From positions 65,816 through 129,815 of the forward strand of contig JAWXUX010000001.1 in NCBI GenBank assembly GCA_044426045.1: a stretch of DNA of 64,000 nucleotides. The letters are read 5' to 3'. This document shows, in pieces, positions 26,900 through 36,230 of this stretch (position 1 is its first letter; every line of letters begins with the position of its first letter). This stretch comes from Bacillota bacterium (GTDB lineage: Bacteria > Bacillota > Clostridia > Christensenellales > CAMQZB01). The notes beneath the pieces were generated by a model. The model saw only the letters and a list, made by a program, of their open reading frames with translations, had not been told where the DNA came from and ran no database searches. The position numbers and the translations under genes are program-made.

Positions 26900-27220
26900 A
26901 CATATCTAAACTCGCGGTTATAAAATATGTTTTCGAGATATAATATATCGAAGTGCAGTGCGAAAAATGTGCAAAATGCATAAAAATTCTAAAAAATTGG
27001 AATTTTTATGCATTTATAAATTTTATGCAACTTTCTTGCATACTCATTTTGCATATATGCAGAATTTTAATGTATATACGTTGATTTTTGCATAAAGTTG
27101 CAAATATGGCAAATTTTTATAAATTTTTATAAATTTTTTTGAATTTTTCTACTTATTTGTTTGCCTTTATATTTGTGTGGGTGTATTATTAAGAAAAAAA
27201 GAAAACAGAGGTTTTAAAAA

Positions 27221-28006
27221 ATGAAAAAAGTTTTAGTTATGATTTTGATTATGGCACTAACACTAACAATGTTTGCCGGTTGCGGAGAAACTGAAGAAGT
27301 TGATTTCGCTGACCAATACGATACTTTGTATCTATACACAGAAGTTGGTTTCCCACCATTCGAATATTACGATGGTTCAACAGCCGCTGGTGTTGATATT
27401 GATATCGCTCAAGCAATCGCAGATGAGCTCGGTTGGGAACTTGTTATCTATGACGTACCATTCGACGGTATCGTTGCAGGATTGACAGCAGGAAATGCAA
27501 TCGCAGCTGCTGGTATGACAATCACTGAAGATCGTGAACTTATGGTTGACTTCTCTGACCCATACTATATCTCAGGTCTTGCAGTTATTGCAAAAACTGG
27601 CACAATTGAACTAGACTCAGATGGCAACGTTCCTGCATCTTCACTTGACGGTCTTGTTATCGGAACACAAACTGGTACAACAGGTGACACATATGTTTAT
27701 AACAATGTTGACGCAGCATTGACAAAAGGCTACCAAAACGTTCTTCTTGGAATGCAAGATATCGGCGATGTTCTTGACGTGTTTGTTATCGATACACTTC
27801 CAGCAGACGTTGCAGTTTTGGCATATGAAGGCTACACAGCATATCCATTAGCAGACGTTGAAGCTGATCCATACGGCGTTGCTGTTGCTGAAGGAAACTC
27901 TGAACTTCTTGCAGTAGTTCAATCAGTTCTTGATGAAATGGAAGCAAGTGGCGAAATTGAAGCACTAATTGCATACCACAAAGAATCAGTTGACCTTTCA
28001 GAATAA
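27221..28006 (+). CDS. Amino-acid ABC transporter substrate-binding lipoprotein
   Basis: Lipobox MFAGC. Periplasmic-binding family 3 pattern (FPPFEY..GVDIDIAQAIADELG, GMTITEDR). Confidence 0.85.
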   Translation: MKKVLVMILIMALTLTMFAGCGETEEVDFADQYDTLYLYTEVGFPPFEYYDGSTAAGVDIDIAQAIADELGWELVIYDVPFDGIVAGLTAGNAIAAAGMTITEDRELMVDFSDPYYISGLAVIAKTGTIELDSDGNVPASSLDGLVIGTQTGTTGDTYVYNNVDAALTKGYQNVLLGMQDIGDVLDVFVIDTLPADVAVLAYEGYTAYPLADVEADPYGVAVAEGNSELLAVVQSVLDEMEASGEIEALIAYHKESVDLSE

Positions 28007-28101
28007 TAAGGCAAAGAAATAAATTTCACTGATATAAATATGTTTTGTGATTTAAGGGAGAATTTTTTTCTCCCTTATCTTGCAGTAAGGATAAGGTAAT
28101 A

Positions 28102-28818
28102 ATGAATAATTTAACACTGGCTATAACAGTATGGCAAAGAATTTATAACGCGACAATAAACAAAAACTTCTACACGCTGTATATCAGCGGAATAGGCGTT
28201 GTATTTTCCGTTGCGATTGGTGCTTGTATGCTTGGTATTATTCTTGGTTCGCTCGTGGCATACGCAAGAATTGCACCTCAAGACAAGTTGATAAACAGAA
28301 TACTCGCAAGAGTTTGTAAAGTTTATGTGACGTTCATTCGTGGCATGCCTCTTGCAATACTTCTTTTGATCATGTATTATATCGTGCTTTCAAGCATGAA
28401 AACTGTTTGGAACGGGATATTAATCGGTATCATCACATTTGGACTGAATTCAGGTGCGTATGTTTCTGAAATCTTGCGTGGCGGTATAAGTGCGGTTGAT
28501 AAAGGTCAGCTTGAAGCAGGGCGAAGCCTTGGTTTCACTTGGGGACAATCTATGACAAGAATAGTCTTGCCACAAGGTATCAAAAGCACTGTTCCATCGC
28601 TTTTCAACGAGTTTATTATGCTAGTAAAAGAAACGTCAATTTTGGGCTTTGTGGGAATAGTAGACTTGACAAAAGGTGCTCAAATGGTTATTTCGCAAAC
28701 ATACGATGTATATGTTCCATATCTCTTGATTGCGACAATATATCTCATTATTATATTATTGCTTGAACAAGTTCAAAAAAGAATAGAAAGGAGGCTCGGC
28801 AAAGGTGATAGAAACTAA
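28102..28818 (+). CDS. Amino-acid ABC transporter permease (His/Glu/Gln/Arg/opine type)
   Basis: Multi-TM protein with an EAA-like loop ([32 protein letters not shown]). Confidence 0.9.
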   Translation: MNNLTLAITVWQRIYNATINKNFYTLYISGIGVVFSVAIGACMLGIILGSLVAYARIAPQDKLINRILARVCKVYVTFIRGMPLAILLLIMYYIVLSSMKTVWNGILIGIITFGLNSGAYVSEILRGGISAVDKGQLEAGRSLGFTWGQSMTRIVLPQGIKSTVPSLFNEFIMLVKETSILGFVGIVDLTKGAQMVISQTYDVYVPYLLIATIYLIIILLLEQVQKRIERRLGKGDRN

Positions 28819-29527
28819 AGATTTATGTATGAATTTTGGTGAACTCAAAGTTCTCAAAAATATCAATGAAACAATCGCGCAAGGTGAAAAAGTTGTTATC
28901 ATCGGGCCATCAGGAAGTGGTAAATCAACATTTCTGAGATGCCTTAACATGCTTGAAACTCCAACAAGCGGTGACATCGTGTTTGAAGGCACTGTGCTCA
29001 CTGATAAAGCGACAAATATCAATAAAATCCGTCAAAAAATGGGTATGGTGTTCCAACAATTCAACCTTTTCCCACACATGACAGTTCTCAAAAACCTTAC
29101 AATGGCTCCAATGACGCTTCTCAAAAAAACGCAAGCCGAGGCAGAAGAAAAGGCGTTTGCACTTCTTGATAAAATTGGGCTAAGGGATAAGGCGGAAGAA
29201 TATCCAAACATGCTTTCAGGCGGACAAAAGCAACGTATTGCAATCGCACGTGCACTTTGCATGGAACCAGACGTGATGCTTTTTGACGAGCCAACTTCGG
29301 CGCTTGACCCTGAAATGGTTGGTGAAGTTTTGCAACTTATGAAAGACCTTGCCAACGACGGAATGACAATGGTTGTGGTAACTCACGAAATGGGCTTTGC
29401 CCGCGAAGTTGCAACAAGAATTCTATTCATGGCAGATGGCGACATAGTCGAACAAAACCCACCAGCAGAATTCTTCGAAAACCCAAAATCAGAAAGATTG
29501 AAAGATTTCCTTTCAAATATATTGTAA
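28805..29527 (+). CDS. Amino-acid ABC transporter ATP-binding protein (GlnQ-like)
   Basis: GPSGSGKST Walker [16 protein letters not shown] signature, [11 protein letters not shown] Walker B. GTG start overlaps the permease end. Confidence 0.9.
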   Translation: MIETKDLCMNFGELKVLKNINETIAQGEKVVIIGPSGSGKSTFLRCLNMLETPTSGDIVFEGTVLTDKATNINKIRQKMGMVFQQFNLFPHMTVLKNLTMAPMTLLKKTQAEAEEKAFALLDKIGLRDKAEEYPNMLSGGQKQRIAIARALCMEPDVMLFDEPTSALDPEMVGEVLQLMKDLANDGMTMVVVTHEMGFAREVATRILFMADGDIVEQNPPAEFFENPKSERLKDFLSNIL

Positions 29528-29554
29528 AAAAAGGCACGTGAGTGCCTTTTTTTT
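29528..29554 (+). terminator. Intrinsic terminator
   Basis: GGCAC (29533-29537) / GTGCC (29542-29546) and T8. Confidence 0.75.
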
Positions 29555-29623
29555 CTCCCATTGACAAACTGCCAAAAAAGTAGTATCATAATAAAGATAG
29601 CTATAAAATTGGAGGAGTGCGGT

Positions 29624-31585
29624 ATGGAAACGAATCAAAACATGGTTTTGAAACTGCTTGCAGAAAAATATAAGAACAGGGCGGAAGTTGCCTCAGAGAT
29701 TATCAATTTGAAAACTATTTGTTCACTTCCAAAGGGAACAGAGCATTTCATGAGCGACCTTCACGGTGAATATGAAGCGTTCAACCACATTGTGAACAAC
29801 TGTTCGGGCGTGGTGCGCGAAAAAGTTGATATGGTTCTTGGTGACACTGCAAGTGAAAAAGAAAAGCAAACAATTTCCACGATTATCTACTATCCAAAAG
29901 AAAAGCTAGCAGAACTTGAGCAAAGCAATGATCTTTCTCGCGATTGGTACAAAAAAACAATCGACACCCTCGTTAAAATCTGCGAAACAGTTTCATATAA
30001 ATATTCTCGTTCAAAAGTCCGCAAACTTTTGCCAAATGCCAATCAATGGCTACTTGAAGAATTCCTTCACGGCGAAAGGGTGGGATATGATACGGCGAGA
30101 TACCACAGCAAGATTGTCGACACAATTCTTGATTGCGACATGCAAGCTGATTTTATTGCAACGCTAGCAACAGTAATCAAAAAACTAACCGTTGCAAGGC
30201 TTCACATCGTTGGCGACATTTATGACCGCGGTGAAAAACCCGACGACATTTTTGACCTTTTGATTGACCACAACGCGTGCGACATTCAATGGGGCAACCA
30301 CGATATCGTGTGGATGGGCGCATGTGCGGGAAGCACGGCGTGCATGGCAAACGTTATCAATCTTTCCCTCACGTATAACAACACGGAAGTTTTGGAAGTT
30401 GGCTACGGCATTTCTTTGCGTCCGCTGATGGTGTTTTCGAAAGCGACATATAAAAACGCAAAATGCTTTTTCCCAAAGGATAAATCATCATCAGAAGATG
30501 AACTTGAAATGGCACTCATGAGAAAAGCAATCGCCGTTATCATGTTCAAACTTGAAGGACAGGCAATCAAGCGAAATTCAAACTTCAACATGAAGCACCG
30601 AAATCTTCTTGAAAAGCTTGACCTTGAAAACCAAACGGTGGAAATCGACGGCAAAACATATCAAATCAACGACACCGATTTTCCAACCCTTGATATGGCA
30701 AATCCATATAAACTCTCAAAAGAAGAAAAACAAGTTTTGGACAAGCTAGCCTACGCATTCACATCAAGCGAAAGGCTTCGTGCCCACATCACTTTCCTTT
30801 ATGAAAAGGGCAGTTTGTTCCTTGTTTATAACAAAAATCTACTTTTCCACGGTGCAATCCCAATGAATGAAAACGGTTCTTTCATGACATTTGAAACTCA
30901 TGATGAAGAGATTGTCTCAGGAAAGGAATACATGATGTATTGCGAAAAAATGGCACGCCAAGCGTTCTATGCAAGACCAGGCTCAAAAAAATGGCAAGCG
31001 GGCTGTGATTTTTGTTGGTATTTGTGGTGCGGTGGCAAATCTCCGCTGTTTGGGCGTGACAAAATGGCAACGTTTGAACGTCTTTTGATAAATGACGAAA
31101 GCGTGCACACCGAAAATAAAAACTCCTATTATAAACTTTATAACAAGCCAGAAACTTTCAAGGCTATTGCAAAAGAATTTGGGCTAGATTTTGTCAATTC
31201 CCATATCGTCAACGGGCATGTGCCGGTGAAAAGTATTGATGGCGAAAGCCCATTGAAAGCGGAAGGCAAAATCATAGTCATCGACGGTGGTTTTTGCAAG
31301 AAATATCACAAAACAACGGGCATTTCGGGCTACACGTTGATATATAACTCGTGGGGAATGCGACTTTGCGCCCACAACGAGTTCACAACAACCGAGGACG
31401 CAATCCGTGGCAATATCGACATCCATTCAACAACTAACGTCTTTGAAAGAAGCGACCGAAGAATAACAGTCGGCGAAACGGATAATGGCAAGGAACTTTC
31501 GGAAACAATCGCATGGCTAGAAAAACTTATGAAAGCATATGACAAGGGCACAATCAAAGAAAGCACTGTCGCTGTGAAAAAATAA
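29624..31585 (+). CDS. fbp: Fructose-1,6-bisphosphatase, class 3
   Basis: FMSDLHGEYEAF and HIVGDIYDRGEKPDDI metallophosphatase motifs, about 650 aa, as in the Firmicute YydE-type FBPase. GGAGGAG RBS before the ATG at 29624. Confidence 0.9.
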   Translation: METNQNMVLKLLAEKYKNRAEVASEIINLKTICSLPKGTEHFMSDLHGEYEAFNHIVNNCSGVVREKVDMVLGDTASEKEKQTISTIIYYPKEKLAELEQSNDLSRDWYKKTIDTLVKICETVSYKYSRSKVRKLLPNANQWLLEEFLHGERVGYDTARYHSKIVDTILDCDMQADFIATLATVIKKLTVARLHIVGDIYDRGEKPDDIFDLLIDHNACDIQWGNHDIVWMGACAGSTACMANVINLSLTYNNTEVLEVGYGISLRPLMVFSKATYKNAKCFFPKDKSSSEDELEMALMRKAIAVIMFKLEGQAIKRNSNFNMKHRNLLEKLDLENQTVEIDGKTYQINDTDFPTLDMANPYKLSKEEKQVLDKLAYAFTSSERLRAHITFLYEKGSLFLVYNKNLLFHGAIPMNENGSFMTFETHDEEIVSGKEYMMYCEKMARQAFYARPGSKKWQAGCDFCWYLWCGGKSPLFGRDKMATFERLLINDESVHTENKNSYYKLYNKPETFKAIAKEFGLDFVNSHIVNGHVPVKSIDGESPLKAEGKIIVIDGGFCKKYHKTTGISGYTLIYNSWGMRLCAHNEFTTTEDAIRGNIDIHSTTNVFERSDRRITVGETDNGKELSETIAWLEKLMKAYDKGTIKESTVAVKK

Positions 31586-31620
31586 AAAGTGTACGAGAAA
31601 CATTAAAATAACCTTAAAAA

Positions 31621-31651
31621 ACGCCAAGTATCAGAAAAAAATACTTGGCGT
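31621..31651. terminator. 11-bp perfect hairpin after fbp (terminator-like, weak T-run)
   Basis: ACGCCAAGTAT (31621-31631) / ATACTTGGCGT (31641-31651). Confidence 0.55.
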
Positions 31652-31752
31652 TTAAAAATATTTTTCGGCGTTTAAACTTAAAATGTATTGTTTTATATAT
31701 CATTATATGCTATAATATTCACATTGCAAAAGGATAAATACAGGAGAAATAT

Positions 31753-32478
31753 ATGAGAAAAATTATATCAATAATATTGTGCTTGGTTCTAGTTTTGAGC
31801 ATTTCAGCTTGTTCTACAGTAAACGTTTATACAGCACCAGCTGAAACAACAGCCCCAGCACCAACAGTCGCAGCAACTGAAACGCCAACAGCAACAGTGG
31901 CACCATCTACGACAGAAACAACTTATTCATTGCCATTTGGCGACGAAGTTGAATGGGAAGTTCAATATCCAGAAAGTGCGGAAGAATCTTTCCAAGTTGC
32001 AATGGACAGCGTGATTGCAGGTTCAACAGACCAAATCGACATTTCATTCAACTATGACGAATGTTCATATCTAAGAAACTATATGGATAAATATGGTTTC
32101 AACAAAGTACTCTTTTCTCAACTTGAATATGAAGTAGTTTCAGTTTCTGAAACATCAAATGAATTCTGTTATTTGACAGTAGCATTCACAAATATCGACG
32201 TTTATAATGTTTTCCGTGAAGGCGTTGATGATTGGATAGATTTATTTGAAAATTGTGAAGATTATGGTCTTACATATGAAGAGGCATATACGCCAAAATA
32301 TATGTATGAATGTTTCATCGCACAAATTGGCAACTACACAAACGATAAAATCACATCAACTGCTCAAGTGTTGATGAAATATAACGACGACCTAGGCACA
32401 TGGCAAGTTATGATGTCAGATACAACTCTTATCGCTATCGTAGGAAGCGAAGACGCATTGCTTGAATACATTGTGTAA
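31753..32478 (+). CDS. Lipoprotein of unknown function with Thr/Ala/Pro-rich linker
   Basis: Signal peptide plus lipobox SISAC, then a TAPAPTVAATETPTATVAPSTTE linker. No recognisable catalytic motif. Confidence 0.6.
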   Translation: MRKIISIILCLVLVLSISACSTVNVYTAPAETTAPAPTVAATETPTATVAPSTTETTYSLPFGDEVEWEVQYPESAEESFQVAMDSVIAGSTDQIDISFNYDECSYLRNYMDKYGFNKVLFSQLEYEVVSVSETSNEFCYLTVAFTNIDVYNVFREGVDDWIDLFENCEDYGLTYEEAYTPKYMYECFIAQIGNYTNDKITSTAQVLMKYNDDLGTWQVMMSDTTLIAIVGSEDALLEYIV

Positions 32479-32481
32479 AAA

Positions 32482-32694
32482 TCGCGTAGCGATTTTTATA
32501 AGTGAAAGGTGAAAGGTGAAAGGTGTGGTAATGCACTCGGTGCCCTCGTGCTTTTCAATTATATTTGTAAACAATAATAGGAACGTAGCTATTCAATAGG
32601 AACGTTCCTATTTTACTAGCCAAATATAATAGGATGCACGAGCAAAGCGAGTGCCTACCACACCTTTCACCTTTCACCTTTCACCTTTCACTTT
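32482..32694 (+). repeat. Nested-hairpin intergenic element, copy 4
   Basis: Mini-hairpin AAAAATCGC/GCGATTTTT. GTGAAAG x3 (32502-32522) faces CTTTCAC x4 (32664-32691). Boxes at 32524-32539 and 32648-32662. Perfect core palindrome ATAGGAACGTTCCTAT. Confidence 0.9.
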
Positions 32695-32705
32695 TAAAAA
32701 AGCGT

Positions 32706-32803
32706 CCCACACCCAAACTTCCACCCCAACCGCCCAAACGTGCCCACCCAAACTCCCACCCCAACCGCCCAAGCGTGCCCACCCAAACTTCCCCCCTCAC
32801 CCC
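32706..32803 (+). repeat. C-rich tandem repeat (about 35-bp unit x 2.7)
   Basis: CCCAC(AC)CCAAACTTCCACCCCAACCGCCCAAACGTG / CCCACCCAAACTCCCACCCCAACCGCCCAAGCGTG / CCCACCCAAACTTCCCCCCTCACCCC. Confidence 0.8.
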
Positions 32804-32806
32804 TTT

Positions 32807-32823
32807 GGTCAAAGAAAGTCTAA
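32807..32823 (+). promoter_or_regulatory. CtsR operator (distal)
   Basis: GGTCAAAGAAAGTCTAA matches the heptad direct-repeat consensus RGTCAAANANRGTCAAA at 15/16 defined positions. Confidence 0.6.
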
Positions 32824-32880
32824 TTTTTATCAAAAACCCTAAAACCCCCCAAAAAACCTCCAAAAAACCGCAAAAAAGCC

Positions 32881-32908
32881 TTGACAATCACGAAAAAGGT
32901 GCTATAAT
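32881..32908 (+). promoter_or_regulatory. Sigma-A promoter of ctsR-clpC (TTGACA-16-TGcTATAAT)
   Basis: Perfect -35 at 32881-32886, extended -10 at 32900-32908. Confidence 0.7.
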
Positions 32909-32917
32909 ATTATCAAA

Positions 32918-32934
32918 AGTCAAAGAAAGTCTAA
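32918..32934 (+). promoter_or_regulatory. CtsR operator (proximal, overlapping transcription start region)
   Basis: AGTCAAAGAAAGTCTAA lies 10 nt after the -10, the classic autoregulatory position. Confidence 0.7.
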
Positions 32935-32993
32935 CAATTTGACCCACAAAAGAAAAATAAAGGAAACTTTAAAAGTGACCTAAAGGAGAGAAT

Positions 32994-33455
32994 ATGGCGG
33001 GCATAACTGATACGATTGAAGAATTTTTGAAAGCCAGCATGCAATCGGATCGCGAGCTTCAAATTTCACGAAACCAACTTGCCGAGCATTTTTCATGTGC
33101 ACCAAGTCAAATCAACTATGTGCTCACGACAAGATTCTCTCAATCGCGTGGCTATATCGTTCAATCGCGTCGCGGTGGAAGCGGGTATATAACAATAGTG
33201 AAACTGTCGGAAAACAGCAACAGCTATCTTGAAAACCTTCTGAAAAATGAAGTTGGAATTGCAATATCCCAAAACAAAACACGCGACATCTTGGAAAACA
33301 TGGCAAGTGAAAATCTTATCTCACCGCGCGAGGCAAGGCTTATATATTCATCGCTTTGTGACAAAACCCTTCCGCCATCGCAAATGGGAAAAGATGCCAC
33401 AAGAGCAATGATTTTCAAGGGGATAATAAAACAAATAATGCTAGAAAACCAATAA
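32994..33455 (+). CDS. ctsR: Class III stress-gene repressor CtsR
   Basis: ISRNQLAEHFSCAPSQINYVLTTRF..GYIVQSRRGGSGYI (the glycine-rich loop is conserved). Confidence 0.95.
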   Translation: MAGITDTIEEFLKASMQSDRELQISRNQLAEHFSCAPSQINYVLTTRFSQSRGYIVQSRRGGSGYITIVKLSENSNSYLENLLKNEVGIAISQNKTRDILENMASENLISPREARLIYSSLCDKTLPPSQMGKDATRAMIFKGIIKQIMLENQ

Positions 33456-33465
33456 GAGGTGAAAA

Positions 33466-35946
33466 ATGTTCAAATACACACAAAGTGCAAACGCCGTTAT
33501 TTTATCGGCAGAAAACATGTCAAGCAGAATGGGCTTATCATATGTTGGAACGGAGCACATCCTTGCGGGGCTCATTTCAACACCATGCAATGCGGGGAAC
33601 ATTCTGATTCGCGTTGGCGTTTCAAAATATAATCTATTCAAGCAAGTGCAAAACGTTGTCGACCACGCGCAAGTGGCAAACGGCTATACAAACGGAGTGA
33701 AGACCTTGATTGAAAAGGCAAATCTTTATGCAAGTGAACTCAATCAAGGCTATATTTCAACCGAGCACATTTTGCTTTCCCTTGTTTCGGAAGAAACTTC
33801 CCTTGCTGTTCAGCTTTTGAAAGAGCAAGGTGTCAATATTCAAAATATATTCATACTCCTCGGGAAGGAACTAAACGTGCGCTTTGATTATGACAGCACC
33901 AAGCCAAGTGAGGAAAAGCCAAACGAAAGGGAACTTGAATATCAAGGTGGCGCGCCGTCAAAAAAAGAGGAAACCGACATTTCCAAATTCGGCGTAGACC
34001 TAAATCAAAAAGCAAAAGACGGCAAGATTGACCCCGTGATTGGCAGAGATACCGAAATAGAGCGTATCACGCAAATTCTTTCGCGCAGAACAAAAAATAA
34101 CCCCGTCATCATCGGCGAACCTGGCGTTGGTAAATCGGCAGTTATCGAAGGACTAGCGGAAAAAATCGTGAGCGGAAGAATTCCCGACGTTTTGAAAGAT
34201 AAGAAGATTTTCTCGCTTGACATCAGCGGAATGCTCGCGGGCGCGAAATATCGTGGCGAATTTGAAGAGCGATTCAAAGAATTTATCACCGAAGTGCAAA
34301 ACGACGGTAACACAATCGTGTTTATCGACGAAATCCACAACATCGTGGGTGCGGGCGCAACGGGGGACAGTTCAATGGACGCTGCGGAAATTTTGAAACC
34401 GCTTCTTTCTCGTGGCGAGCTTCAAACAATCGGCGCGACAACCCTTGATGAATACAGAAAATATATCGAAAAAGACCCCGCACTTGAACGAAGGTTCCAG
34501 CCTGTCACAGTGGACGAGCCAAGCGTTAGCGACACAATAAAAATCCTTATGGGTATCAAAGATAAATATGAAGCCCACCATAAAATCAAAATCACGCAAG
34601 AAGCAATCGAGGCAGCAGCGAAACTTTCTGAAAGGTACATAACAGATAGATTTTTGCCCGACAAAGCGATTGATCTTATCGACGAAGCATCGTCAAGGGC
34701 AAGGCTGAATTTCATGTCCCACCCAACCGAAGTGAAAAATCTTCAAGAGCAAATCGCGGGGCTAGAAAAGGAAAAAGCAAACGCACTTGAAAACTCCAAC
34801 CTTGAACGCGCGGCATCAATGCGTGACAGCATTGTGCTTTTTTCGGCAAAAATGGAGGAAATCAAGCAAGAAGAAGCGCAAAACCGCGAGGGCAAAATCA
34901 TTTCGATTGGCGAGGCGGAAGTTGCCGAAGTTGTCGGTATGTGGACAAAAATTCCCGTCAGCAAAATCACTCAATCGGAAGCAGATAAAATCTTGAACCT
35001 TGAAAGCGAGCTTGCAAAACGCGTGGTTGGTCAAAAATCCGCTGTCGAGGCAGTTTCAAGGGCGATAAGGCGTGCAAGAGCGGGACTGAAAGACCCAAAA
35101 CGCCCAATCGGCAGTTTCATTTTCGTGGGACCAACGGGCGTTGGTAAAACCGAGCTCACAAAAGCACTTTCATATTCAGTTTTTGGCAGCGAAGAAGCTA
35201 TGATAAGAATGGATATGAGCGAATTTATGGAAAAGCACACAATTTCTAAACTGATTGGTGCCCCTCCAGGGTATGTCGGTCACGATGAATCGGGCGGACT
35301 AACTGAAAAAATTCGCCGAAATCCATATTCAGTGGTGCTGTTTGACGAAATCGAAAAAGCCCACCCCGATGTTTTCAATCTCATGCTTCAAATCCTTGAC
35401 GATGGCAGACTCACCGACAGCAAAGGCAGAGTTGTCGACTTCAAAAACACGGTGATAATCATGACATCAAACGCGGGTGCAAGCGAAATTGGCAGTTTTG
35501 GAACGCTAGGTTTTGCAAGTGAAAACGGCGAGATTGGAAAAAACACCCAAGATAATATGGAAGACAGAGTGACAGATGCGTTGAAGCAAACATTCCGCCC
35601 TGAATTTTTGAACAGAGTTGATGAAATCATCGTCTTTAAGCACCTCACAAAAGAAGATACAAGGCAAATTGCTAACATTTTGATAGAGTCGCTTTCAAAA
35701 AGAGTGGCGGAAAGAAATATAACCCTTCTCGTTTCCGACAGTGCAAAAGATTTCCTTGCGGGCAAGGGATACGACACAATATATGGTGCAAGACCGCTGA
35801 AACGAGTTTTGCAACGCGAGCTAGAAGACAAGCTGTCTGAAGAAATTCTTATGGGCAATGTGAAAAATGGCGACACAATGCGGGTGGAATCAAACGGCGA
35901 AAAATTAATTTTCACGAAATATAACAGCGATACGGCGGGATATTGA
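33466..35946 (+). CDS. clpC: ATP-dependent Clp protease ATP-binding subunit ClpC
   Basis: Clp-N repeats, two AAA+ modules ([18 protein letters not shown]), a UVR-like linker and the GARPLKR sensor. Confidence 0.95.
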   Translation: MFKYTQSANAVILSAENMSSRMGLSYVGTEHILAGLISTPCNAGNILIRVGVSKYNLFKQVQNVVDHAQVANGYTNGVKTLIEKANLYASELNQGYISTEHILLSLVSEETSLAVQLLKEQGVNIQNIFILLGKELNVRFDYDSTKPSEEKPNERELEYQGGAPSKKEETDISKFGVDLNQKAKDGKIDPVIGRDTEIERITQILSRRTKNNPVIIGEPGVGKSAVIEGLAEKIVSGRIPDVLKDKKIFSLDISGMLAGAKYRGEFEERFKEFITEVQNDGNTIVFIDEIHNIVGAGATGDSSMDAAEILKPLLSRGELQTIGATTLDEYRKYIEKDPALERRFQPVTVDEPSVSDTIKILMGIKDKYEAHHKIKITQEAIEAAAKLSERYITDRFLPDKAIDLIDEASSRARLNFMSHPTEVKNLQEQIAGLEKEKANALENSNLERAASMRDSIVLFSAKMEEIKQEEAQNREGKIISIGEAEVAEVVGMWTKIPVSKITQSEADKILNLESELAKRVVGQKSAVEAVSRAIRRARAGLKDPKRPIGSFIFVGPTGVGKTELTKALSYSVFGSEEAMIRMDMSEFMEKHTISKLIGAPPGYVGHDESGGLTEKIRRNPYSVVLFDEIEKAHPDVFNLMLQILDDGRLTDSKGRVVDFKNTVIIMTSNAGASEIGSFGTLGFASENGEIGKNTQDNMEDRVTDALKQTFRPEFLNRVDEIIVFKHLTKEDTRQIANILIESLSKRVAERNITLLVSDSAKDFLAGKGYDTIYGARPLKRVLQRELEDKLSEEILMGNVKNGDTMRVESNGEKLIFTKYNSDTAGY

Positions 35947-36230
35947 TAGATAGATTTTGCAGTTTTAGTGCATATTAATACATTTCTCATCATTTTTATG
36001 CACTATAAACCGCAAAAACGATAAAAAATCACAAAAAATCCACTTTGTCAATAGCATTATTCAAAAAAAACTACAATTTTTCATATAAAAATTTTTCGAA
36101 AGCTATGGAAATTTTAAAAAAAGAATGGTATAATATAAATATATAGGAAACTTCTAAAATCTAGATAAAATCTGAATTTTGGAAATCTCTATAAACAATT
36201 TAAAACTTTATATATTAAGGAGGAACTACT

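Noticed and set aside
35388-35993. Long antisense ORFs inside real genes (201 aa opposite clpC; also 41238-41735, 49041-49565, 38330-38836, 61846-62358, 476-892)
   Set aside because: These are shadow ORFs on the opposite strand of well-supported conserved genes. They have low-complexity or odd composition, no RBS, and no recognisable motifs.
35947-36230. raiA-motif RNA upstream of hpf
   Set aside because: The region is almost pure A/T with no GC-rich paired elements. It contains only a TGgTATAAT promoter-like box (36126-36134).
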